From the NCBI GenBank assembly GCA_030167865.1, contig JALAGF010004655.1, positions 62,001 to 109,674 of the forward strand: a stretch of 47,674 nucleotides of DNA, given 5' to 3'. Positions 35,574 to 46,066 of this stretch are shown in pieces. Source of the DNA: Craspedostauros australis. Taxonomy: Eukaryota. The translations under genes and the position numbers were made by a program. The notes below the pieces were generated by a model, which was not told the origin of the DNA, did not search any database, and saw only the letters and a program-made list of their open reading frames with translations. Within the stretch, counting starts at the first letter, position 1; the number at the start of each line of letters is the position of its first letter.

Positions 35574-36833
35574 ATGATGCAGAAGGCTCTCTCAGCGGTG
35601 CTACATTTACCGCTTCCATCCACGTCTGCTTCTGTGGCAACCACTGCCGCAGCGGCAGTTGCTGCTAACCGTGGCGGCGGCGGCCCGAACTCTCTACTGA
35701 AGGTCACCGGGCGGAGCTGGGCCAACGACGGGACCTCGTTCGTCGTCCCGCAACTTGGGTGGGTGCTTGACTGCGGCGCCATCGTGCAGCCGGGTTTCAT
35801 GTCCAGCCATAAGAAGCTGCAGAAGCATGTCTTCATCACGCACACGCATGCTGATCACGTGTCGTCGTTGACCAAGCTCCTGTTTTCTGGAAGCAGCAGC
35901 TTCTCCGACACCAAGTCGAAGCACAACATATACCTACCGAAGAGCGCGGTGCCGCAGGTCGATGCCTTCCTCAAGAGCTTCATAGCCATGGCAACCGAAG
36001 ACAGTGGGAATGAAAGCAACGACGAATGTGATGCTACCGCAATTTCAAACGTGCCTCCTGACATCGGCGGGAGCGTACGTGCCATGACCCATGGCGGTGA
36101 TCAGAAGCAGATGGCGCAGCAAACGAGCAGCCTGCCATACCGTCTGGTTGGGTGCGAGCCTGGCGATGTGATTCAGATTGGCAAGTCGCACAAGGCCAGC
36201 ATCGTCGAATGCGACCACCGCCTTGACTGCGTGGGATATTCGTTCGTGGAGACCAAGCGGATGTTCAAACCAGAATTCGAGGCGCTTCCCAGGGCCGAAC
36301 TTGGCCAGCTCTGTCGCACGCACCGCAAAGAACATGGTAATTTGGACGATCTGCAACTGACATTGGAGCAGCCCACGTTTTGCTTCCTTGGCGACACCAC
36401 TCCCAAGGTGTTCCAAACCCACCCAGAGATCCTCGACAAGCAGAAGATCATCTTCGTGGAATGCACGTACCTGGACGGTCCCTCCCAGAACGCCAACAAG
36501 TACAAGCACATTCACTGGGATGACTTGGAGCCCATCGTCACGTCCCATCCATCCACGATGTTTGTGCTCATGCATTTCTCGTTGCGTTATTCCCCCGTCT
36601 ACATCCGAGAGTTCTTCTCGCGATACGACAACGTCCATCCCATGCTCGTGGATGAAGAGCTCCAGGAGGCATGGACGAAGAAGTTGCGAAATGAGGACGG
36701 CAACGTGAGTGAAACGCATGCTGGGGATGTGCAGCAGGGTTTTGCGTCGCCACCATCATGTCAGTGCATCATCTGCCAGCAACAAATGAAAATCGCGCCG
36801 CAGCAGTTGTCCAATGGGCAAGTACTGAACTGA
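35574..36833 (+). CDS. tRNase Z (short form; metallo-beta-lactamase fold)
   Basis: Motifs LDCG, FITHTHADH (HxHxDH), HRLDCVGY, FLGDT, VECTY, KHIHW and LMHFSLRY. First ATG at 35574. Confidence 0.85.
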   Translation: MMQKALSAVLHLPLPSTSASVATTAAAAVAANRGGGGPNSLLKVTGRSWANDGTSFVVPQLGWVLDCGAIVQPGFMSSHKKLQKHVFITHTHADHVSSLTKLLFSGSSSFSDTKSKHNIYLPKSAVPQVDAFLKSFIAMATEDSGNESNDECDATAISNVPPDIGGSVRAMTHGGDQKQMAQQTSSLPYRLVGCEPGDVIQIGKSHKASIVECDHRLDCVGYSFVETKRMFKPEFEALPRAELGQLCRTHRKEHGNLDDLQLTLEQPTFCFLGDTTPKVFQTHPEILDKQKIIFVECTYLDGPSQNANKYKHIHWDDLEPIVTSHPSTMFVLMHFSLRYSPVYIREFFSRYDNVHPMLVDEELQEAWTKKLRNEDGNVSETHAGDVQQGFASPPSCQCIICQQQMKIAPQQLSNGQVLN

Positions 36834-39290
36834 TGGCACGCGAGCTTGCACCCCGCGAATCTTACGCCGACCGTTCAACTAGAAACGCATTGTCTTCACG
36901 CATGGCACTTGTGCCAGCGCCTTTCTGCAAAAGCATACTTGTACGGCTGGTACGTGCGTGTACGAGTGCGTGAGTGGTCGCCATGTAATCTATGGCAATT
37001 GTACAGATAGCACCGCCAACAACAAGAGTAACACTAACAACACTAACAACAATAGACGACCATAGTCACAGCCACAGCCACAATCAGCACCACAGCCACA
37101 TCCACTGCATCAGAAGCAGCAGCAGAAGCAACAAGAAGAGCTAGAAAGAGCACCAAACATCAAGAAGGAGAATAGCTCGTCGCAGAGGAGCAACGTTGTA
37201 CCACACGGAATGAAATGGGACCAAAGCGGACCTTCTTTCCACAAAGACGCAAATCCTCATCGTGGGGACAGAAATTGCATCGCTGCTTCCCCTCTTTGGT
37301 TTTCTCCCGCGGCAAAATCGATGACGTTCGTGAAAAGGTGACTGACCGCGGAGTCTTCGGCTGCCGTCGCCTTCGTGCAAAGCCGCAGTCTCTGCGACCA
37401 TGCCACTCGTAGCTTGTGTTGGTGTCAGTAGGTCGCATAATAGATCGTGCCTAAGTGTACCACGTGGTTGAAATCATAACGTGATGGCTGGTCACACTCG
37501 CTCGTATCTCTCCTATCTCGCCATGCATGTGCTCGGATCTTCGCTCGTCCGCTGTCCGCGGAATCACAACAGACAGCCGACAGACGTTGATCATTGATCG
37601 TGCGTCTGGCAAAAAGCGACCGATTGGGTCCTTCCGTCTCGTGGTGAGTGGCGCCGTGACTCATGCGCCTATGGCGAGAATGACACGGTGCTCTTCTTTC
37701 CCTGCCATAGATCGTAGCTCGTATAATATAATATTATTCTCCCATCTCAAACCTTGCGAGCATCCTCTACCTGTCTGGGTGACCAACGCTTATTTCGTTT
37801 GGTCTTTGCCACTCAGCAAGCAAGATGACGTGACGATACAGTCACCAGCAAGCGAAACCCCGTTGCTGCGCATGTATGGCACGAGTAGCTCGTACTGTCC
37901 GCAGAAAGTTCTGATGGTGGAAGCGCCGACGTCCAGCTGGTAGTATTATGTAGAATACGATGTAATGCATGCCGATCGCCATGCTGCATCTATTCTGCCT
38001 TGGTCCACTCTGCGAGCGTTTCCATCCGTCACACCATTTTCCATTGCAATGGAATACAGCAGAGTGTCTTCCTCCGAAGTCTCTCTTGCCCGGCCGTCAC
38101 GCCGCAGTGCACTTCGAGAGCAGATGAAATGGCGCTCCGTTGATTGGCTCGTGCCTGATCTCTGTGTCATTTTTGTGGCCAATTCTTGCCCAGCGCGCGA
38201 GCGGAGCAGAGTAATCGTACGTGTACCTGTCGCGAGCTATGTGTAGCTCGTACTCGAGACAGGATGGGACCGGTTCAGCTGTCTCTCTTCCTTTGGATGA
38301 CCTTGATGTTGATGTTGACGTTGATGTTTGGTGATGATGTTGATAGTGCTGATGATCTTGGTGATGTTGTTGATGATGTCATTGATGATGGGGGAGGTGG
38401 TGAGTGTGATGCACGCCATTCGACAGTTGTTGGGTGGAATGCGCTCCCACGAATCATTACGACAACTGATTTGCGAAGCCCAACTTTTTGCAACTTCGAC
38501 ACTGACAACATGAAACCCTTGGATCACCAATGTCATGAGTGGCATGTCAATCAGTCACTCGACAATAAATACGCATTGAAGTTGAATGAGTCACATGGTT
38601 CCACATCCCTTCTCCACGCCATTTTCTGTGTTCCGTGATCCCAAACAACAACCCGAGATGTCGATTCGCAATCACAAACAGCGAGGAAAGCCACTCAAAA
38701 AGTAAAACCGACTCCAACAAAACAGGCTTCCACTTGCACTTCTACCATGTGTCTACTTGTACGTGTGCAGATTCAACCTCGAAGAACAAGACGCCGCTCT
38801 GCTGTATCCCCATTCAAGCCACATCACGCTTGCATCACTCGACACGCTCCCCGTTGGTGGCATCCCTTCGTGCTTCCTCCCAGCGTCTTCTCAGTCGCGT
38901 CGTATCAGTTTCGATCACTCTCTGTCTGCATGTGTTGGTATGGGCACAACAAGGAGAAACACAACAGCCGACGAGAGTATCCGTGGCACAGCCAACCTCA
39001 ACGGCGACTTGACACAATACATCACAAGGAGCATCACATCACAACACAACATCGCAACATCATCGCTCGTTGGTACCGCAACATCGAAGAACCGCAGCGC
39101 AGTGAGATCATTGAACAACCTCGACTTCATTCATCAACGGGACAGGCAACTTCGGCACACGAACAGCACATACAATTGCATACGAGAGACAGAGACAGGG
39201 GAGAACAAGCGCAAGCAGTTCCAACAGAAGCAGTTCGAGCAGAAGCAACAACCACCGATCAGCAACGTCAACAACAAACACGATCTTGGC

Positions 39291-40070
39291 ATGATGGCAG
39301 AAACAGCGCTGCACGCGTTCATGGGAGAACTCCTTTGCGCCAACCCGTCAATCCAAATGATTGACGGCAGCGACACCTCGTCCTCCTCCATCCCTGATCC
39401 ACCTTCGAACGCGCCCATGCCGTTCAGCGTCTCCATCGTCAGCGACAACGCCAGACCCCTTACCAGACCGCCACCGTTGCGACAATTGCGGCCGTTGCAT
39501 TATGAAGAAAGAAGGGACAGCGACGATCCGCCGCGAGCGCCTCCGAAGCGCACCACTTCGTTGCCCATTGATGCGAAGCGACTCTCGCGCGCTCTTCCCA
39601 GGTGCCGTTGGTACGACATCACATCCGAAGGCTCCAGCTGCCACTCCGACGACGAGGTAGATTCGATGAGGGCCCTTGCCTCGATGTCTACATCGTCGAT
39701 TCCGACGAGGGAGGATTCGGATGATGCGCCCATGATGCCACTATCACGCCATGCCGTCAGACGGCAGCAAACGCCGCGGCAAGCCCAGCGCAGCATCCCG
39801 CCGCTGACGATACCTCCGAATCCCAAGTTTGGTTCATCGATGTCGCGATGGGAATCAACGAAGACGACGTTCGTCGCGAAACGTGACTCCCTCACAGCTC
39901 CGCCGAGGCGCACGCGAAGCACGTCCACGGAAAGTACGCAGACGCAAGTGCAGGCGATGGCGCTTCCTTTGCCTTTGCCTCAGATGTCACAATTCCTGGA
40001 CGCCTCCGTTCAAGTCCAACCCAACAATAGAGCCGTCGTGCCTCGTTCGCTGAGGAGCTTGGCGTATTGA
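39291..40070 (+). CDS. Hypothetical S/P/R-rich protein (diatom-type IVSDNA motif)
   Basis: Lies within the 437-codon ORF 38757..40070. The segment from ATG 39291 (MMAETALHAFMGELL...SIVSDNA...SRWES...PPRR) resembles diatom low-complexity families. Start uncertain. Confidence 0.55.
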   Translation: MMAETALHAFMGELLCANPSIQMIDGSDTSSSSIPDPPSNAPMPFSVSIVSDNARPLTRPPPLRQLRPLHYEERRDSDDPPRAPPKRTTSLPIDAKRLSRALPRCRWYDITSEGSSCHSDDEVDSMRALASMSTSSIPTREDSDDAPMMPLSRHAVRRQQTPRQAQRSIPPLTIPPNPKFGSSMSRWESTKTTFVAKRDSLTAPPRRTRSTSTESTQTQVQAMALPLPLPQMSQFLDASVQVQPNNRAVVPRSLRSLAY

Positions 40071-41272
40071 AGACGGAGGCCGCGAGACAGAAAGCTAAGA
40101 CGACAGTCGAAATGAATGATCACATTTTGGGAACAAACTATCCTGCTCGTATATAGACCGCTGTTTCGTCAATTCCCGTGTCATCGCATGAATACCTCCT
40201 CCCAACGCGTCTCTCTCGATGTACTATGCGAGTAGTGTAGACGCAACACAACATTGACCCATCCTGTTGCACTGGCGAAGCATTCTGAACCCCCCGCTGC
40301 AACGCATCAGGATTGGGTTCAGAGCGAAGAACAGATTCCATGAAGGCGAAAACATCGCTCTGGAGAAGAGGCTGCCGATCTTGCCAGTTGCCACTGGCTC
40401 ATCAATCAGCTTGGCCCACTGGTGTTGCATACATCTTCCAAGTGCTTCTCGCTTCTCCTTTCCATCATGAGTTCATGCATGCCTTTCAATGCACAACTGC
40501 AATGCGTGGAGACAAGACTATTGATGCAACCACCATCCTCTCAAATGAATATACCACTGTCTTAGTTTCTGATACAACAGCCATGCGATACCACTTGCGG
40601 TATTCGTCCGATAAATATCAATCACGCTTTGATTGCGGATACACGTCTGAACTACACATATCCGGGACATGAATCGATGTCGTTCTCATAATGAAATATG
40701 TTATCTATTTACCACAGATCTCTTTATAATCGCCATAACTTAAGTCTGCAAATTGTAAGGCATGCAGCTGTCAGACGAATCAAAGGAGTCGCATGTACAC
40801 GATTGGTGAAGATTGGTCCAAACGTGGAAACAACCAGGTGGACCATCGAGTCTACTCATACCGTGCAAGCAGCACCGTGGACGAATCTCTCTCCTCTACA
40901 TTACTCTACATTCCTCACATGTTCATTCTGAGGTATCAACATAGAGTTTAGTGGAGGATATTCTTCGGTTGAGATAACTCTAACAAGGTCATCACGGTGG
41001 ATATGTTTGCAAATTGCCATTGCTTTGGGTGCAATCTGTATTGAAGCCTTAGTCTCCTCGCATGTCCGTTGAACCAATGTTGAAGGCGATGCGAAACTAA
41101 TGCAGGAAAGTGGAAGACGCAGATACGAGTACCCATACAGAAGATCGTTCCACAACGAGGCATGCATAGTGCTCTGATCACTTTCGGATGCTCAATGCCA
41201 CCCTCTTCTGCTGTCGCAAGTCTACAAGGTCGTACCATGGCGTTGGCTTGGTAAGTTTGTGTAGCACACTCC

Positions 41273-41313
41273 CCATTAGAGAAGTTTCGCATTGTTTGGA
41301 TTTCCATCGAGAG
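41273..41313 (+). repeat. Left terminal inverted repeat (including palindromic flank)
   Basis: CCATTAGAGAAGTTTCGCATTGTTTGGATTTCCATCGAGAG; reverse complement of 45373-45413 with 3 mismatches. Confidence 0.9.
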
Positions 41314-41550
41314 GCCCCCACCGCCATGTCACATACGACATGGACGCTCGAGTGAAGGAAACTGCACAGGACTGTTGCGTGACAGAATACTGCTTGGATT
41401 ACGTGGAGTCAATAACCGTTCGCGCCATCTCTAGGGTATCTAATTTAGACATGTTCGCTTTCACTTCTCCCGAAGAGCGTCACATTTTGGTCATGAGTGT
41501 CACAACACATCATCTGTTTCTGTTTTGATGTTGCATGATGCGTTCCCTCC

Positions 41551-42873
41551 ATGCTTCGCTTCATGCTATACTCGTTGCTCCTTCAATCCTTCTGTGTTCA
41601 TCGCACCTTCGCACACACAGCTCCTCCACACGTTCGACCACTGCTTACTATCGTTGTCATGGTCAATACTAATTGGAATACCGTTCCCGAGCGGCAGGTA
41701 TTGCAAGAAGCCAGCACTCGATTTGAGGCTGCCATCGCTCAACTTGCAGACATCGACATCCAACGTCTGGATTATGCAGGCGTCGTGATTCTGGTTGAGC
41801 ACTATAGCAACATCGTCGCATTGGGCCGTCATGTGCTACAAATGCAGCAACTTTACCTCACTCCATTGGGACCTCCTCCCATGTTCACCAACAGGAACAT
41901 TGCCATCGCGGAACTGGACGAACGCGAAAGTGTTCGTCACTTTCGTTTCCGTGTGCGTGATCTTCAACGTCTGGCTGACCGTCTCTGGCCCAAATTCCAG
42001 GCAGTGTCTGGTGAGGCAGATCCTGAATGCATTCAAGTGAAGAATCGATACAAGGTATCATACGAAATGGGATTGCTCATCATGCTGTTCCGTCTGGCAC
42101 ATCGCGGACGGCTTTGTGACATGGAACAGATATTCAGCATGGACAGCGTCCGCATTTCCAGTATAGCCTCCACTTTCTACTCCTACTTCTATGACATTGG
42201 CAAGCCATACCTGAGCGACATCGGTTTGTTTCATACTCGATTCCCTGACTATGCGGAGAACAATCATCATCTCACCCGCGGCTTGGTGGATGATGTGTTC
42301 GGGTATGTCGACGGCACGTTCTGGGAAACCTGTCGTCCCTCAGAGAATCAAGAGGACCTCTACTCAGGCTATAAACGCGGTCATGGGCTGCACTATCAAG
42401 CCATCGTTGCGCCAGATGGGTTGCTCATTCACTACTTTGGGCCGATTGCGGGTGCTCGTGGTGACGGGTACATGTTCCAGCAAAGCCAAATCGAACAGCG
42501 ATTGGAGGCTCTCATGCCGTTGGATGAGAACAATCCTCCATATCGTCTCTACGGTGATCCAGCATATCCTACTACACCATACATATTCGCTGCATACAAG
42601 GACACTGTTCCAGGGTCTTCTGAGGCGCAGTGCAACAAGGACATGGCATCGGGTCGCATCTGTGTTGAGTGGGCATTCAAGGAGATCACGAAAAATTTTC
42701 CCTTGGTGAGCGTTCGCAACGCCAACAAAACACTGCAGAATCCTCTCACACACATTCATTTTGTTGCTGCGTTCCTCGCCAACATTCATTGCACCATGAA
42801 TGGTAATCAGCAGTCTTCACGGTACCAATGGCACAAGCTCACATTCGAAGAATACATCGACCTGATCCCATGA
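41551..42873 (+). CDS. PIF/Harbinger-type DDE transposase (DDE_Tnp_4-like), intact ORF
   Basis: Motifs HFRF....L..L, LLIMLFRLAH.GRLCDM..IF (HTH region), FGYVDGT..ETCRP..NQ..LYSGYKRGHGLHYQAIVAPDG, GARGD, LYGDPAYP and N..M...RICVEWAF. The start may instead be ATG 41659. Confidence 0.92.
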   Translation: MLRFMLYSLLLQSFCVHRTFAHTAPPHVRPLLTIVVMVNTNWNTVPERQVLQEASTRFEAAIAQLADIDIQRLDYAGVVILVEHYSNIVALGRHVLQMQQLYLTPLGPPPMFTNRNIAIAELDERESVRHFRFRVRDLQRLADRLWPKFQAVSGEADPECIQVKNRYKVSYEMGLLIMLFRLAHRGRLCDMEQIFSMDSVRISSIASTFYSYFYDIGKPYLSDIGLFHTRFPDYAENNHHLTRGLVDDVFGYVDGTFWETCRPSENQEDLYSGYKRGHGLHYQAIVAPDGLLIHYFGPIAGARGDGYMFQQSQIEQRLEALMPLDENNPPYRLYGDPAYPTTPYIFAAYKDTVPGSSEAQCNKDMASGRICVEWAFKEITKNFPLVSVRNANKTLQNPLTHIHFVAAFLANIHCTMNGNQQSSRYQWHKLTFEEYIDLIP

Positions 42874-43130
42874 TCATACAAACAGTTAGAAATAATGAGG
42901 TACATGTAATACGTATTGGACTACTTATTCTGTCACACTCGTGGCGCGTGAGCGCTTGTGTTGTGTGTGCTGTGCTGCGTACGATCGGCGAATGCTGGGA
43001 ATGCTTTTTTAATGGAATGCATGTGGGCGCGGAAGGAAGCATGCGGCTGTACGCACAAGGGATTCAGCGCGTCGGCTTCTCTACTTGGCGTTGATTGGTA
43101 TGCCATGGTGGAGTGTCTCTTGCGCGGAGA

Positions 43131-43172
43131 GAGGAATGAATGGATGGAATGAATGGAATGAATGGATGGATG
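43131..43172. repeat. Mixed (GAAT/GGAT)n microsatellite between the two transposon ORFs
   Basis: gaggaatgaatggatggaatgaatggaatgaatggatggatg read directly. Confidence 0.75.
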
Positions 43173-43312
43173 CCCGCATTGAAGGACGGATCGTCGAATT
43201 GGATCGACGAATGTCACGGCGAATGGGCTGGTTGATGTGTTGCGAAATGTGAGGGGTTGCGGGAAAGAAGGCATGAAATGTGAAAATGCAGAGAGGAAAG
43301 GATGGGTGAGTA

Positions 43313-43592
43313 TCATATTCCCGCACCATCGTCGTCATCGCCGCTGCTGCTGTTCTCTTCGTCGTTGTCGTCGTTATTGTTGTTGTTGTTGTTGCTGTTG
43401 GTGGTGGTGGTGGTGCGTTGAGCTCCAGATAGGGCGAGGACGAGAGACCTGACGTCAGACGAGAGCTTCATTTGGCACTTGCGCAACTCCGAGGTCTCTT
43501 GCTGCGTCCGCTTTCTATCCTCCTCCAGATGGCGGTTCATGTTGAGCATCATTTGGTGCTGATTCGACACGAGCTGGAGGAGGTTGTTGTTG

Positions 43593-43624
<32 letters not shown>

Positions 43625-44881
43625 GGTGTTGCCATCAGTGGAAGCTGCTGCTCCCACAGTTGGAGGGGTCGGAGAAGTGGCGAGCGATGCAGCAATCGGA
43701 GAATCTTCGCTGCGTTCTGCACGGCTTGGAGGCGTGGCTGTTGCGAGCCATGCTTGAAACTGACGTTGAGTTTCGTCGAGTTTCTCCAGGAGACCGACTG
43801 TGTGCTGAATCTGCTGCTTGGCAGTTGGGCCCTGCTTTGGGGAAGCTACCACCTCCGCAGAAGACGAACTTGAGGCCGCGTCGTCGCTGTTGCTTGCCGC
43901 CGCATGCGGTCGCCAAGCCCTTGTCGCTACCCCAGCTTGCGATGGCGTTCGAGGAGGGCGGCGTCCAAGCATACATTGCTCCTGCCTTGTGGAAATCCTC
44001 TTGCGCCCCGCGGTTTTTCGGGAGGATGCGATGGCATCGACGATGTACTCCTCGCGATCTTGTTGGAGATGAGTGAGGTCGTCGAGCCACATTTTCACAC
44101 TCTCAGCCATGCTGCTCCTGCGAGGATGGGTGCGGTTGTACTGAGATGTGAACCTCATGAGATGTTCGAATCTCCCTTTGAGTGCTTTCTCAGTTGGGAT
44201 AGTTGGGAAGACCGTCGAATTCTCGTGATGCACCGCATTGCAGATCTCACTCCATGCAACTCCGTATGGAGGTATCCAAGGCTTTTTTGGAACCCTGGCG
44301 ATGACGGTGATGAGGATTCGGTCGCATGGCTGAGGGCTCACCAGCCATGGGAAGTAGTCAACCTTCCCCTTCAGATCGTAGTACATGGGAGGGAATGATT
44401 TTCGTCTGCGTTTGCCAACGATGGGGGCGGAATTGTTGGCGACGGTTGGCAAGTTGCCATCGCTGGCTGTCGCCACCGCAGATGATGCGAAAGAAGGTGC
44501 ATGCGCCTTCTTGCGCCGGTACGCCCGCTTCTTGTTGTTGCTGTGGCTGCTGCTGCCGCTGCTGCTCAGTGGCGATGGTTCTGCTGGAGGCTGATGGGTG
44601 ACTGATGGTGAAGCATGAGGCTTCCCAGAGTCGGCCATCGCATTGATGTCGCCACTGTTGCGCGTGTCGAAGGCACCAACGTTGGCTGGAGGCTGCGCCA
44701 GCGTGAACCTGTAAGTGCAATGCTCGAAACCAGGTGGGAGTTTCTCATCTTTGCCCAACACAGGTGGTGGGAAGGCGAAGGTTGCAGGTGCGCCGGTCGT
44801 TCCACTTGGCGTGACCTTGCTGTCGCTGCTGGTCTCCGACGGGGCGATAGATGGAGCCGCGGGAGGAGGGGAGCCGTCCAT
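43313..44881 (-). CDS. Transposon ORF2: putative Myb/SANT/trihelix-like DNA-binding partner with NLS and C-terminal coiled coil, 522 aa
   Basis: Lies inside the TIRs, convergent with the transposase. Segment DRILITVI...PW...YGVAWSEICNAV...PTEKALKGRFEHLMR resembles Myb/SANT helices. Basic KKRAYRRKK and KRRRK motifs; coiled coil HLEEDRKRTQQETSELRK. Confidence 0.65.
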
Positions 44882-45240
44882 GACGAATGGAGGGAAGCAG
44901 ACTATGCGTCAGAAACGACACGTGTGGTGGTATGTGGTGGGAATCTCAACAACTCGTGCAAGGTGTTGGTCGAAGTGGAGCATCGAGGTGTAGTCATGAG
45001 GTGGGTTGTGACGGATGATTGTCTTGAGATGAGAGAATCGAGATGAGAGAATCGAGCGACGGTGATGTGATGGCGATGTGATGGATGATGTTTTTCTCTT
45101 TGTTGTTCCAAAACGAACGCAAAAGTCTACGATGGCGGCAAACGTAGACGGGTGTGGAGGACAAGAAGGACTAAACTAGAACGAAATGAGGCAACATGAT
45201 TGGCCAAAGTATATATTCCATGTGGAAATGATACATTTTC

Positions 45241-45384
45241 CGGGACTCTCTCGATGGAAGTGATTTCCATCCATGCTGCACAAATGGAAATCATGTCCAT
45301 CGAGCGAGGGGGTGATTTTCTCGCCACCCCCAGAAAAATGTCTCTATCAGGTTATGACTCCCTCGCGGGACTCTCTCGATGGAA
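45241..45384. repeat. Subterminal repeats: 19-bp direct repeat and 25-bp imperfect palindrome
   Basis: CGGGACTCTCTCGATGGAA at 45241-45259 and 45366-45384. Arms 45246-45270 and 45284-45308 are complementary at 22/25 positions with a 13-nt loop. Confidence 0.85.
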
Positions 45385-45413
45385 ATCGAAACAATGCGAG
45401 ACCTCTCTAATGG
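45373..45413 (-). repeat. Right terminal inverted repeat (including palindromic flank)
   Basis: CTCTCGATGGAAATCGAAACAATGCGAGACCTCTCTAATGG. Confidence 0.9.
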
Positions 45414-45663
45414 CAACATGCAACGACCATTTCGAACCAGTTGTGTGTCACAGTCAATGATCTCTCGCATTCGTTGTGCTTCGACAGATGTCCACGCGCG
45501 TCGGTCTTCTTCAATGGTTTTACTCGTAGCAGTCGAAGATTCTCGTTTTCGGCGATGTCACACAACAGAACTCTGTTGTGATCGGAACGTGTTTGCTTCC
45601 TCCCTCGTTCCTTCTTTCTTCTTGTTGTCCATGGTGCATTTTCGCAATGGATGGGAACCAGAG

Positions 45664-45774
45664 GATCCAAACCAGAACCTGGGGTGCGATCAAGAGAACG
45701 ATCCAAATCAGAATCAGAGGGGTGCGATCAAGAGAACGATCCAAATCAGAATCAGAGGGGCGCGATCAAGAGAA
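45664..45774. repeat. 38-bp minisatellite, ~2.9 copies
   Basis: Unit GGGGTGCGATCAAGAGAACGATCCAAATCAGAATCAGA at 45681 and 45719 (identical). Partial copies at 45664-45680 and 45757-45774. Confidence 0.9.
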
Positions 45775-46066
45775 GGAGGCAAACACAGGCAAACACAGGC
45801 AAATACAAAGAGAGAAAGAGGAGGCCATGGGAACAAGACAACAACACACACCACTCAACCCCATACTCGAGCACATCAGCAACTGACATCGAATTGCCAC
45901 TCATATTCATCACACAGTGCATGATACTCGTACGGATACAAGCCAGTACAGACACTGCCATCGGTAGCTCATACCACACACTTGCTCGACAGCCAATCCA
46001 ATGCCAATAATCCAACGTCAATCACCCAACAACCATCGTCCAGCAACTATCGACTATCCTCTCCAA

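Larger units (their letters stand above)
41278..45408. mobile_element. Apparently complete PIF/Harbinger-superfamily (PHIS) DNA transposon, ~4.1 kb, with two convergent ORFs
   Basis: Inverted repeat 41273-41313 vs 45373-45413 matches at 38/41 nt by manual alignment. It encloses a DDE_Tnp_4-type transposase and a Myb/SANT-like ORF. Exact termini uncertain by a few nt. Confidence 0.88.

Noticed and set aside
45664-45774. 38-bp repeats as a CRISPR array
   Set aside because: Units are directly adjacent with no unique spacers, there are no cas genes, and the context is eukaryotic.
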